A DNA stretch of 64,000 nt from Eledone cirrhosa. Its lineage: Eukaryota. Both the position numbers and the translations under genes were made by a program. The stretch lies in assembly GCA_964016885.1 (NCBI GenBank), contig OZ024745.1:47492001-47556000 (forward strand), written 5' to 3'. The notes below the pieces were generated by a model, which saw only the letters and a list, made by a program, of their open reading frames with translations, did no database searches and had not been told where the DNA came from. Shown here piece by piece: positions 35,510-49,700 of this stretch; positions within the stretch are counted from its first letter, which is position 1; the number at the start of each line of letters is the position of its first letter.

Positions 35510-36824
35510 GTACTATAACCCTTCCATTTTCTGCTTTTGTATGTTGCCTAAAATATTTGATTTTTAACTTTTGAATGATCTTCATTGTAATTATCTATAT
35601 CTTAATTCCTAATATCAGCCAATCTAAAATATTATTGGACTATCGACTAAGAAAATTTGATTTGATGTTTTCAATATTCCTTGTTAGATTGCATCGTCTA
35701 CTCTCTTAAAAACATTAATTTTGAAGAGTAATAATTAAAACTAATAGTTATATGTCTAAAGCTTGGCATTATAATATAAACTGTATTGTTTCTGTTTCTT
35801 AAGCTAGAGTATACATATTAGTGGAGAAAGTTAAACTAGCATTAGACTATCACCTTGTCCAGGTGAATATTTGTTCCTAGTGAATTGGACATGTAACTTG
35901 ATTTCAATTCTTGGTTGAAATTGCTTTGCTTTATTTGTCAATGCATTTTTAGGAGAAGAATGAACATCACTACTTCCCTATTTTAAAACTTTATGGCTTC
36001 ATTTTTAATTAAGAAATTAATATCGATATTATTGTTGCTTCTGTACATAATCATCGTCGTCATCACCATCATAATCATTGTCAGTTTTGCATCTCTATAA
36101 CCAGAGCATGGCATGGGTTACATCTTAACAATGATAATGAAAGTGATGATTTTTATTTGTACAAAGACATGATCTTGAAATTTATAAGGGAAATTGGATG
36201 TTGTTACATTCATGCTTGTCTGAAGGGCATTACAGGTGTAAGCAAAGCTGCTTTAACTAACAATTACTCCATAATACATTCAGTACACAGCTTAACCACA
36301 ATAACTATGACAGCAATGATATTCATGGGGATGATAATGATAAAACCTTAGGCAAATGTATGAAAAATTATTTAACCTTTAGAAAATTGTTGGAAAAAAT
36401 TATTTATTATAGCACATTATGTAAAGAGAAAAAAGAAGTATGTGGAGGCATTTTAGCTGCCATAGCTCCATTTATACCATTTTATTATCATTAATAATGA
36501 TGATGATGATAAAAATCATGGTTTCTAATTTATGCACATGGCTGGCAATTTTGTGAAGGAGGAATAAGTAGTTTATATTGAACCCAGTGATAGACTTGTA
36601 CTTTATTTTATCAACACCAGAAGGATGAAGGGCAAAGTTGCCCTTGGCAGAATTTAAAATCAGAACGTAACAAGCTGGAACTAATACTGTAAGACATTTT
36701 GTTCAATATAACAATGGTGTCAGTCCACCACCCACTCATCATTATTATTATTATTATTATCATTATTATTATTAGTCATAGGCATAGAGACAAAAAGTTT
36801 AAAATGTTGATTAAAGATGTTGAA

Positions 36825-37270
36825 TCATCATCATCATTGTTTAACGTCTGCTTTCCTTGTTGACAAGGGTTGGACAGGTCTTCATAGACCAAGTCAGTAC
36901 TGAAGCAAGGCTGTTGACCTCCCAGAGGTCTGCTTCTTGCTTATGTATTGCCCCATGCTCTACCAAATGCACCAACACAATAGAGGTTGTCGCGCCTTTG
37001 ACACAACTGAAGAGTCCTCCCAACCTTTTGTTTGGCAAGCTTTCTATGGCTTGAATGCCCTTCCTATCACCAACCACTTTACAGCATATACTGGGTACGT
37101 TTATTGTATAGATCACCAACACTAGTGAGGATGTCAAACTGCAGCACAACTGAAGGATCCCCTCAACTCTTTATTGACATGGCTTCTACAGCAGTTACAC
37201 AAGGTGTACCAGGTGCAGTTTCATGACACCAATGCTTGAGAGATTATTGGTCCTTGTCCCAATCGAAGAG
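36825..37270 (-). mobile_element. Decayed RTE-type 3' UTR/tail repeat
   Basis: (CAT)n-TTTAACGTCTGCTTTCC...TTTCTATGGCTTGAATGCCCTTCCTATCACCAACCACTTTACAG, as in the RTE tails elsewhere in the window. Confidence 0.6.
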
Positions 37271-37934
37271 CCCTCTCTACTCTGTGGGGTGTGGGTGGGT
37301 GTGATAGGAGAAGGGAGATAAGTATGAAATTATGGAAAATGCCGTGTTATTTGACAGGGTGATGAGTGGGGAGGGGAGATTTTAATAGCATGTGGGGAGG
37401 ATGTGGTGGTGAGAACACCTAAATGGAAATAGTGGTGGGTGGAGGTGTGTGGTTGATGTAGTAATAGTGCAGGATAGGGGGTGGCACTCACCAGTGTCTA
37501 AAAGGGGAAGTGTAGCGATGTAGAGAATAACTAAGGAATGATAGTTGCATATTGAGATGAATTTGCTGACACTACAGAAGACTTGTTTGATTGACAAAGC
37601 AAGGATTAAAGGTATTCGAGACAACTTGATATCTAGCAATCCAATATTGGCAGAAGAACAATGAATTATTGAGCGAAAGAATACATAATAATAATGGTTT
37701 CTAAGGCTAAAGACCAGCAGTTTTTTTTTTTGGTGGGGGGGGGGGGCAATTCTCTAAATCCCTGTACTGGATTGTTATTTTATTTTATCGACTTAAGAAG
37801 GGTCAAAGGTTGACCTTAGATCATAAAGATACAGAATTGATGCAGCAAAGCATTTTGTCCAACACTTTAATGATTCTGCTAATCTGCCAACTTTAATAAT
37901 GATAATAATGATGATAACAACAATAATAATAATA

Positions 37935-38095
37935 GAACAGATTGATAACTAAAACCCCAGGGCTTACAAATATATACTACATACAGAGAAAATAGCACAA
38001 CTAGACACGGCACATACCCAAGGTAGACAGAGCTTTGCTTGGTAATGCAATGACAACATGAAATTTAAAAAATGACTAATAATAATAATAACAAT
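37935..38095 (+). mobile_element. Short 3' end of an RLE-type LINE in a (TAA)n tract
   Basis: Degenerate ITKTPGLTNIY.IQ.KIA.L.TAH peptide, flanked by (AAT)n. Confidence 0.45.
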
Positions 38096-38417
38096 GACAA
38101 CAACAATAATGCTTTCTTTATTAACCACAAGGGTTTAAACAAAGTAAGACATTAAGGACAATACAGGACAATACAAATTGGCATTTCTGCGTGTAAAAAA
38201 AACAAAAACAGAGGATGTAACAAAAAAAGAAACAATGAAAAATTCCTCAATAGGGAGGGAGACTTCCAAGGGACATTCGTGGAGAAAGCCCATTAAAAAA
38301 GCCACATTGACCCTGACCACCAAGGCAGGTGCCCTCTCCCAGTTATCTACAATCATTTTACAGGCACATACTCAGAGTTTGCCCATTCACATGGGACAAC
38401 AACAATAATATTCATAA

Positions 38418-39310
38418 CTAGCAGTGGTACCCGGCGTTGCACGGGATAAAGTATTTTGGAACGCGGACCGCCAACAGACCTAATCGTGGAAAAACTGCAT
38501 GCCTGGACAATATGTAAAGAAAATAAACCGAATACTCTGATGGCTGGATAATCTTTAAGATTTTCCTCGATGAAGCAGGAAAAATGCAGGTTTTCACCTA
38601 ATGCGGGCCCTAGGAGATCAAGAAAATGAATTTTTTTTATGTGCATAATATGCTTTGAAATTTCGGGAAAATCGGCTAGACGTAACGCCTCCAAAAAGCC
38701 CTAAAAAGCTGAAAAAATGAAGTTTTTCACCTAATGTGGGCCCTAGGTCATAAAAAAGTTGGATTTTCTTTGCTCACGGTATGAAGAAGAGACTGACTAA
38801 TACATAGTTACAATTTCAAGGAAATTGGTCTGACGTAACGCCTCAAAAAAACCCTAAAAAGCTTAAAAAAAGCAATTTTTCACAGGGGATCAAAATGTTG
38901 AATTTTTTTATGTGCATAACACTCCCTGAAACATAAGTAATACACATGTAAAGTTTGAAAAACATCGGTTGGGTACTTTTCAAGTTTTAGGGATTCACAC
39001 ACACACATCCTCAGGGAAGTGACGTACTGCAGACAGCCAGACATACAGACAGATATTATAAGGGCGCGACATTATATGTATCTATCTAAAAAGAGAAAGA
39101 CTAAGAATTATAGAAAGAGATCGCTAAATTGCCTAATGCGGTCCCTAGAGCATTGAAAATTTGAAATTATTTTTGCTCAGAACACTCCCTGAAACATAAG
39201 TATTACATGTGTAAAGTTTGAAAACAGTCGGTTGGGTGGTTCTCGAGTTTTAGGGATTCAAACACACACACACACACACACAGACAGACATCCTCAGTTT
39301 TATATATAGA
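38418..39310 (-). mobile_element. Non-autonomous Helitron
   Basis: The minus strand starts A|TCTATATATAAAA (39310) and ends with hairpin CCCGTGCAACGCCGGG followed by CTAG|T (38418). This gives 5' TC, 3' CTAG, an A|T insertion site and no TSD. There are internal tandem duplications. Confidence 0.85.
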
Positions 39311-39494
39311 TAATAACAGCATATAGATAGTTAATGTATCTTGTTGAAAAGCTCTCAGCTGCAACTACAGCATGAATTACAAGAGTAATGTTCCTTTATG
39401 TCCCTTTATTACTGTAAAATATAACTATTTTTATTGAGATCATTCAAGTGTTAAAAATAATGATGAATTGACTCTATATCTTAACACATCAATC

Positions 39495-39633
39495 CCTCTC
39501 ACTCTTTCATTTTCTTCCTTTCTTTCTCTCTCTTACACTTTCTCTCTCACTACCTTACACTTTCTCTCTCACTACCTTTTTTCTGTTTCTCTCTCTCTCT
39601 CTCTCTACTTCTCTCTCTCTCCCTCCCTCCCCC

Positions 39634-39667
<34 letters not shown>

Positions 39668-39690
39668 CCTCTCTCTCTCCCTCTCTCTCT
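39495..39690. repeat. (CT)n-rich polypyrimidine microsatellite
   Basis: Direct reading of the sequence. Confidence 0.9.
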
Positions 39691-41419
39691 TACACACTCT
39701 CTGTGCACTCAGTCTAAAAAACATATTGCTTATTGCCTGTTTATAATGAACCTAATTGCAAGTGCATCCTAGAAGTTGGTTAACATGCTAATTCCGTATT
39801 CATTGCAAATAGTTGCATTAAACAAAAAATTATATATTTCAAATTTCAGATCATGCATAACCAATTATATTTCATTATTTTTCTAATTATTCTTTTTTTT
39901 TTATTTGTTTTTCTTTCTTTTTATTTTTTCAGTGTGAAATTTTATATCAAAGTATTTGATGTCTTTATAAGGTTGTGTGGTATTAGGGCATATCAATCAA
40001 CATATCATTATATATATATGTATATAAGGCTTATTTTACACTCTCCCACCACACACACACACACATTTATATACATATACATGTATATATATATAATTAC
40101 ATTTATGTTAGTCTGTTTATCAATGGGTATATATAATTATATAGATAAACACACATGCAGCTATCTTTCTATTATATATATATATTTGAAAAATTATAAG
40201 AATTAATTTTCCAATCGTTGTTATTCTTTAATGTATTACAATGTGTAGTTGTAGTAACTCTTTAGTGATCAAGCTTTTGATAGAGCTTTCCACTTTAGAG
40301 CATTGTATTCTTGAGCAACTCACTTTATTTCTCATTGCTCTAATCCAATCAGCTGAAAATAATTATCATTAGAAGCTGGAGTTAAACTCTTCAATGGACT
40401 GTTATCCTGTCCAGCTGAGGATCTTTTTCTCTCAGTTACTTAATACCAATGAAACTAGGGTATGCACTGACCTGACAAGCTTCCAGGTTTAGGACACATT
40501 TTAAGTTTTTTTAAAGATAGCCATTGCTGTGTCTCAAAATTATGAGAATTGGTCAATTGAAACAAGAGACTTTGTTGCTTTGAAAATGAATCTCATCCAC
40601 TAAGTTATGTCTTGTAAAAATCAAATCTCCCAACATCATTTAGCCTATCAATGTTTGATTTCAGAAGCAATGTCCAATAGATTTATATGATAGATGACAG
40701 CCTATATTTCTGTATGTTGTATTGTTACAAAGTAGGTGCCAAAAAGATATCCAACTTTTGTTCCTAAACCACAAAACTACAAGAATGGAAAATGTAGAGT
40801 TGGCAATCATCATTGGTGCATAATGGTCCAGCACTGTTTTCTGTTGAATGTATGCCATCTCTTAAACTTGTTTGAATTCCCAGTTAAAAACCTTTACATC
40901 CTTATTCTGTCTAAAATTTATAGTTAAGTTTCATTGAATAACTTATTTTTAAGATATCTATATTTATGTTTCACATTATATTAGAAAACTAATCAAAATT
41001 ATTATCTCATTAGGAGTTATGTTCATATGATCAACAAACTAACAATTCAGGACAACAATTCAACAGCTGTGATATCCAAAATGATCTTGTGTAGATTTTT
41101 AAATATTTTATTGTGTCATAAATATTGAAAAACTTACATATAAAATATTTATTATAAGATTGAGTTCAATTTAGTTTGACCTTGCCATCGTCCCCTAGTA
41201 ATAAGACTGGTTATTGATTCATTATTGTTTAATTGTTTATTTAACTTGACTTGTTCCTAAAGAGAGTGTAGGAGCTTATGCTTCTCTTTTATTAAACAGT
41301 ATTAAATGGTAAGGGCTGTATATATAAACCTGTAGAGCGAATATTTATTATTAGCTTTAGGGTGATAGCAGAAACTTTTTGCTTAAGCTTTCAATCTGTC
41401 CTAATAATATATATATATT

Positions 41420-41710
41420 TCTCTGTAAAGTTATGTTGGTACCACAACATCCAGTCCTAAATAAATTAGGTCGTGTAGGTGTCACGACAAAAAAACACAC
41501 AGTCCACGCTGTAATGTGGCCGTGTAGGTAACATGGTAAAAACCTCCCAGTCCTCACTGTAAATGTGGTTGGTATTAGGAAGGGCATCCAGCTGTAGAAA
41601 ACCCGCCACAAAGTCCTACATGAGAAAGACAACCAATCTTGCCTCACGTGGGACAATTCCCGTCTAAACCCATGCTAGCGTGGAAGATAGACGTTAAACG
41701 ATGATGATGA
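41420..41710 (+). mobile_element. 3' UTR-only copy of the young RTE family, with (GAT)n tail
   Basis: Matches 52130-52420 directly and 14177-14480 in reverse complement. Confidence 0.85.
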
Positions 41711-43728
41711 TATATATATGTATATATATGAATGTATGTGAGGGTCTGTTAGTATATATGTATATAGTTGCTGTAGGGTTGCAGGTAAATGCACGGAGAA
41801 ACATATGTAATATGTTAATGAATTGTGGTTTGATGCATTACTGATTCCTCGTTCTTTATACTATATATGTATATATATATATGCATGTGTACATATGTAT
41901 ATTGAAATGTAATGAAAAGTTAGTACATGGAGGGGCGAAAAGAGCAGTCAAAAGAGAAGAAATAGAAAATGGTTCAATGTCACAGTGTGCCTTAAATATG
42001 GAAATGATATGGTTGATATAATGATTTCTAGTATAGGCACAAGGCCAGTAATTTGGGGGAGGGGAAAGTCTATTAATCGACCCCAGTATATTACTGGTGC
42101 TTTATTTTATCGACCCCGTTGATATAATGAAGTCTTAGACACGCTACTGAAAAGATGGGATGGTCACGGTTGGAATGCCATTAATCATCCTATGATTAAT
42201 CATAGGATGATTGATTGGGGTTTAAGCAGCAGCTAGCATGGAAGATGGACGTTAAACGAAGATGATGATGATGAACTTGTAATAACAATATCTTTTGGTA
42301 AGGCGCAAAGTTATTTTGGTAACTGAGATGGGAGTATAATGAATTAAACTGACTTTTATATTACTGTCAAGAACTAACACCCAAATGCTGGCCATAATTA
42401 TTTATTTCTGCTCAATGACTACTACTATATAGAAGAGTATTTGATGTGATACCCTTGTAACATCTTATTATTAACATTGTTCTCAGGAATATTCATTGTA
42501 ACACAGTATGTGACAAGGCTTGAATTATAGGTATAGTCCATTTGGCAGGCTTCCAAAGAGTTTTCAACTCCCCAAATTCACTCACAAGTCTTGGCTCAAT
42601 CCAAGGCTATGATAAATGACATTTGCCCAGGATGCCATGCAATTGGATTGAACTCAAGACTTTATAATTATGAAGCAAACTTATTAATCATTTGGCCACG
42701 CTGTGTCCAACTACATATATTACCATAACAAGTATTATGGCAAAGTCTGACCATCAACGTACCTGTAGTTATCCATTCTTTATTGTAGATGTATTGAGAT
42801 TCAGGACTTTAAATGTGTGATCTCCTTATTCTAAAAATGGTAAAATAGTTCATTATTATGGTTTTCTTTTTTTTTTTTTTTTTTTGGCATGAGATAGGGA
42901 GTAAATCATATTTAATTACATTAAACAGATCAAATAACCTGGTGGCATATTTTGTCTACTAAGATCTATAAGATATTCCTAAGTATTGATTCAGTTATCA
43001 GTTATCTCCTTTTCTTAATGTCATCTGCTTTAGCAGATGACATGTATGAAAACAATCTATAATATTACTCTGTCATGAGGTGTTTGTGCATTATGCTTTT
43101 AAGAATGTTAACCCTTTTGATATCAAACCACCTGAAACCATCCTAGATTTATGATACAAAAATGCTCATTTTAAAATGTTTATCCTTATGAAATGTTTAT
43201 CCTTCCATCATAATTTTATTTTGGAAATTTATGTTAAGTAATGTTCTTGATATCAGCTAAGTAATGAAAAACATTTTGTATTATTAAATTTTCAAAATTA
43301 ATTGAAACACTGGATTTCGTTAGGAAAATCGTAATAAATGATTTAAATAAGCAACAAAATCCAGACATGATGGAAAAGTTTAATATAATGAAAAAAGTCC
43401 AAGAGTTATGCTTTAAACAATGTTAAATATGGAATGATATCAAAGATATAATCAAAATCTTTAACACAAACAATAAAGGTCAATAAATTTATGCATAAAA
43501 ATAAAAATAAGCACATTTTTTATAAAATGAAATTACCACAGGTTCAGCTTGTTACACTAATAGTTGTAACATATATTTAGTTTTTATAATTGTTGCTGTA
43601 TTTGTTATAGTAAATTGCACAGTCTTTTCATTTCACAATATCTCATCAGCACCATTATTTAATCTGCTGTCATTTCCCACTACAAATATTTGAAGAAATA
43701 TTTTATTGATTTATTTACTTTCTTCCAG

Positions 43729-43782
43729 ATTTGAATCAGTATCAACCTAGTATTTCTCCTACTCCAACTTTGCCTCTTATAG
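43729..43782 (+). CDS. unc-80: Candidate 54-nt cassette exon of unc-80 (DLNQYQPSISPTPTLPLI, phase 1-1)
   Basis: Strong acceptor TTTACTTTCTTCCAG, donor AG|GTGATG, and an open frame compatible with both neighbouring exons. TGCATG lies downstream at 43831. Confidence 0.5.
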
Positions 43783-46700
43783 GTGATGATATTTTAACAT
43801 TGGCAAAAATATTGTCAGCGCTATTTTCTTTGCATGATATTTATCGGTAGTTGGATTTCATTTGCCTCTACTTGTAGTATTAACAGCTGATATTCTACCA
43901 CTTTAGTCACAAATCTTTTCTTTTTTTATTCTTTCTCTCTTTCTGTATGTGTGATGTATGCTTGTATATGTGTGTGTATGTATTTATGTATATTTGTTTG
44001 TATGCGGTATATATTTGTATGTATGTGTGCTGTATGCAATATGTATACGTATGTTTGAGTGTATATGTGATTTATATTTGTATGTATATGTATGTGTGGT
44101 ATGTATGTGTGTGTTTGTTAGAGTTATCGCACAAATAATTCACAGATTATTATCACAAATGTTTTAAACATGATACTTCAACTGATTCACAAACTGTACG
44201 TCATTCTGTTAATCTTCACATCACAATTGATTCATATATTAGTAATCTATGATTATGTTTTTTCTTTATAGAATATGTTCATTAATTTACTATAGTTGAT
44301 ATTACAAGAGATTCACAAACTGTAAATCATTTTGTAAACTATTTCACATCACAACTCATATGCTGTTAGTAATTGTGTAATTATGTTTTTATTGATAGAA
44401 CTTCTTCATTATTCTTCTGTAGTTAATATCACAAACTGACTCACTGACTAGTTAGTGTACATGTCACTATTGATAATATAAAGCATGAACACATATTATT
44501 CATGCAAGCCAAAAAATTTTTTTTCTCTATCATACTTCAAAATATAAGAAGCTGATAAAAGCTTTCTATATGTCAATAAATGTAAATTAAAATTTTACTT
44601 TTCCTGTAGCATCTGTCATTCTTCATCTGAGCACAAAGTTCAACTACATTTTATCTAACTCAATGATATATTCATCTGGCTTAAAGTATTCTGTATAAGT
44701 CTTTCATTAGGTTTGGGTCTGCTTCTGTTTTCATTCTTTAGCACACTATTTATTGAGGAATAAGTCTAATCATAAGAAATTAAAAAATTGGGTCTATTTA
44801 TTGCACTAGTATGTGAAATAAAACATTTTTATATATCATATATTACCATATATGATATATAAAAACGTTTTACTTTGTATATATATATATATATGTATAT
44901 ATGCTATAAATTAATGTTTTGCTTTTCGTCTCTTACTCCACTGAACAGCGTTTGGCTTGTGTCAGATGCTGTGACCCCGGGTGTGTACTAGAAGTACCAT
45001 TGGTAGGGGTCGAAACTGCCAAAGTCCACCTCAACGGCCGATGACCATGGAGTTCTGTGTCTTTCATTTGTAATTTTGCTTTTTAAAAAACAATTTTTTA
45101 AGGTTCCCCTTAAAATTTCTTTTTGTTTTGCCTTGTTTTCGTTCATTATCTTGTCCTCTCTGTTAATTTTCCTAAGTTTATCCTATATATATATATATAT
45201 ATATATATAACCATAAATGTATAAATATATATTAGATTTATTTGTATTGTTAATATGAAGCATTGCGAGATATGTAATAAAAAAAATTGTCTTTTATTAG
45301 ATCTATTATAATAGAATAATAGATAGTTAAGTAGATATATATAGAAAGAGGAAAAGTTAACAATTACATTTATATATTAAATATATATATTTGTAATATT
45401 ACAGATGAATATTCTCTATATCTATTTGTGTTATATATTTTGCCATATATAGTTGTAAGGCTTTGATTTATTGAATAGCTTATATAAAAATTTGCATGAA
45501 AATTATTCATAAAAATATCTTATGTGAATATATCAACAATTATTTTTGTAAAAATGTCCTATTAGCTCTTTTGATACCAATCCACCTGAAACTACTCCTG
45601 GTACATTGTTACAAAACTATTTATTTCAAAGTGTTTATATTTATCTGAAAACTCTCAATTATAATTTTATGTAGACATTATTCAATCATACTGTGAAGGA
45701 ATATTGAGGCTAATTTCCTAAGTGAAAATAAAAGCATAAAATCAGTTTTTAGCGTATTGTGACAGGGAGGGCATTTAGTCTCAAAAAGGACTCCATGATG
45801 ATTATGAAGACAGTCATGATGTTCATAAAGCTAAACTCTGCTTTAGCAGGTAAAATGGTCTTGATGCCTGTTTGTGTTGTTACTGTTGTATTTCATAGTT
45901 ATGTACAACAGAATTAGTTGTTTGACTCTTTTACGATCTGATGTATCCCTCAAAGGATGATCAGTCCTAATGAAATCTTATAAATAGTCCTGACAGTTAA
46001 GTGAACTCTGAGGTGTAGAGAGTTAAATGTGTAATGCCTATGATTTGCATATAATTTTGAAAATACGATTTTGAGTGTGTTTAGTAAAATAACAAACTTT
46101 TTTATTATTAAGCAGGTGTTTGGAGCATAATATAACAAAAGCTCTTACATAAAATAATGATAGAAGGTTTTTTGATAAATATAAACACTTTAAAACTAAC
46201 CGTTTTGTATTGTAAAATCAGGTACCAAGATGGTTAATGAACCAATACACTTCACACTGCTAGATTCATATTTGGTTACATATTTAAGCATCAGATCACT
46301 TACTGAAGAGCCAACAATATTTCTATGTTGTCACTGATACCTTGATACATCTTTAGTAGAGACACTTAACTCTCACTGGCTTAGTTCAGATAGCAAATCA
46401 TAAGTTCCACATGAAGGTGCTCCTTACCACTCTAATTATATAGGAGCACAGAAGACTTGATGAAGATTTCATTAACTTGTACTTTTGAGTTGAATCTTTA
46501 CTAGGGAATATAATTTGGAAAAACATTCTCTTTGAGTCAGTAGAGTTAATCTCCCCTTGATACACACATCTGATTAGAAAAAGTGAAATCTGTTTTCTAT
46601 GTTTATTACATTTGCATATGGTAATTAAATATTTGTTTATTTATTTATTGATTGAATGATACAATAATTCCATTTTATGACAATGTTTGACATTCTATAA

Positions 46701-49700
46701 TAGTATTTCACTAATCTATAAACATTTAAAGTTTACTTTTAATACAAATATGAAGAGAGGTATTTACCTTTTCCTTTATCTATTTACACACAACACTCTA
46801 CTGGACTTGTTACACTTTATTATATGTGATTCTTAATTCTAACTGATTGATACACCTTGTTACTGCACCAAAATTTCATCTCAAGTGCATTGTCTGGTAG
46901 GTTTATGGGAATAAGGGCTTGAATACATACTCAATGTAGAATTAATTGCATTTCAAGATCTGTTGTTAGGAGGTAAGTCTATTCTCTGATTTATTACCTC
47001 TTATTATAATGAATTCTAAAATACTGAGATTTTCATTTCTTCATAAGCTCTAAGTGAATGATGGAGTCTGTTGCCATCATCCTTTTTACATCTGTTTTTC
47101 CATACTTGCATGAATTGGACAGGGTTTTATCCAGCATAGCTTCCCTCCACACATTGGGCTTCTTTGTCTAATATTTATATTATCTGTTAAGTTACCAGAA
47201 ATGGTACAATATAATCAACTTTATCTAATAAAATAGTATAAGTAGATACACTAAAATGCTCCTTAATTGATGTTTTAACCAGTGTTTATGAAATATGGAC
47301 ATCTTTATATATTTTTATCCCAGTATCAAATGATCTGATAACTTGCAGCTCTTTCAGCATGCTGCTTTTTTAAAAACAAAAATATTCCTGAGAATTTGGT
47401 CTGGGATAGTTCATCATCTATGGGCATCACTTTATTCTCTCAAAATCCTTGGGAGGAAATTTTCATTTATTTATTTATTACCCTCTTATCTATCACTTGC
47501 CTTCTTATTCACTGTACTATACTACCTGGATATCAGCGAGGGCATTTGATTTGCCATTATCATCACCCCTTTACCTCTCTTCCACCACAACATCTGTGTA
47601 ATGAGAGATGACATCAAATCTCTCCATATTTAGTGCCATCACCTTCTTCCACTAATCATCATTCTCTCACCCATCTCTGTTGCTACCCATCACTTACACT
47701 CCCCTACCATGACACATCTTTATTGCTATCCTATCACATTGCTCTTGCTGTTTTCTACATCTTATCAACTACCAACCACCAACTTATATATATCTGTGTG
47801 TGTGTGTGTGTGCAAAGAGTAAACAGAAATACTGAAGCAAACGACACTGTACAATGAAGAAATATATTAGTTTAATGCTTGATATTGTAGGAAAAGCATC
47901 TTTACGCTTCAGACACTGGTCCTTCATCAGAAGATAGAATGAGAAATAAAAGATGAAATAGAAAGATAGTGAAAATGAGACAGAACAGAACATTTTTTTT
48001 TATTAGAAAAAAAATGTGTATATTCAGTCAGCCAAATATATATATATATATGTGTGTGTATATACATATCTTCATTGAACCTAATTGCCTGTTGTATATT
48101 TTCTGTATATTTTTCACACACACACATCACTGTCTCTCTCCCTTCATTATAATCCTAAAACTCTATTCCATCACATCCAAATTCATACTTCCTCTCTTTC
48201 TTGCACTTGGTCATCACTCCCTTTCTATACATACTCTTTGTCATGTTTGCCTAGAATATAGGGGACTGTTTAGTCATGCAGAAAATAAGGCAAACTCTCC
48301 AGTGTTGTTCTCTAAATGAGGTGATGCGAGAAAGGGCATCCAGTCATAGAAACTATGCCAAAAAAGGAACTCATGAACAAGATGTGATTCTTAGATTGGT
48401 GAGGGAAGACAGTAATTCTGAATAAAAACTTATTCAGAACATGACAACCCATCCATGCCAGCATGAAAAGCAAATGTATAAAATGATGAGGTATGTTATA
48501 ATAATGGAAATTATCTTTCTAGAAAGACTATAACATTTGATTAAATATTTTAAACAATATAAATACAAATAGTGGGAAATTAGAAGATAAAACTATTTGA
48601 GTATCCTGTTGATTGTAAGAATAGCTGTATGAAAAAAATAGTTCTTCTATAAGAGGGTGTTTTAGAGTGCTTGAAGCATTGTGTGAAGTGTAAAAAATAG
48701 TGTTTTATTAGATGGCTACAGCAATGCAAATAAGAAATTGAATGTAAAGAATAACGATAAGAATGATGTTGAAAATAACAGCATAAGAATGACAGAAGAT
48801 ATCCTGCTCTGAATTAGTTTCCTGAATTCTTCTTTTGATGAAAAGATTTTATCCTGAAATAACTCAAAGATAACATTCCAACATCTTTGTTATCATTATT
48901 AATGTCCCGTTTGCATTGCTATAAACCTTCTAATAAAATTATTTTCTAGTTCTTCTATGTTCATGTCAGTTACATGAAATATAGTATTAACTCAAAATAA
49001 ATACCATTAACATTGTACATTATTTCCTGCTAAGCATACATGAAAGTTACTGGACAATGCATTTGTTGAAACTCTTTTTTTTGTTCCATCATTTAGAGGT
49101 AAGAATTACAAGTAACATTTATATTTATATTTAACATGATTTCTTAGGTTTAATAGTTTTGCCGATTGAGATATGTCTGAGAATTATGAAAACTTATGTT
49201 TTATTATTGATCTTTGTTTCTGCATTATTAGCTTTATTACATGATACAGCAGTTCAATTTTATTTGGAGCTAGAAATAACAAAATAAAGTAATACATAAT
49301 AAATGACTGATAAGTTTCAAAAAGATGGTATAATGCTGTAAACCTTTGCCCTTTATATATTTCTACCTCATTGTACTGGCTTTCTGAAACTTAACAGTCA
49401 TTTGTTACATATCACACAATGCTTTGTATTAACTATACTAAAGTAATAGATTTTGTTTTGAAGTACACATTGCACTACATGAGTATTAGTCACTGAGTCA
49501 CATCATTCTTCTAGCCAATTTAAAGAGCTATTTACAATTAAATGTGGAACATTGGCAGAGTTGTTTGAAAGTAGGATTAAATGCCTTGCAATATTTGATC
49601 CGGCTCTCAGGTCTTTGAGTTCAAGTCTTTCTGAGCTCAAACTTTGCCTTCCATCCTTTCAGGGTCAGTTAATAAAATACCGATCCAGTCCAGTCCGGTG

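Noticed and set aside
35268-35585. 105-aa minus-strand ORF
   Set aside because: It is the antisense shadow of the unc-80 exon at 35381-35509.
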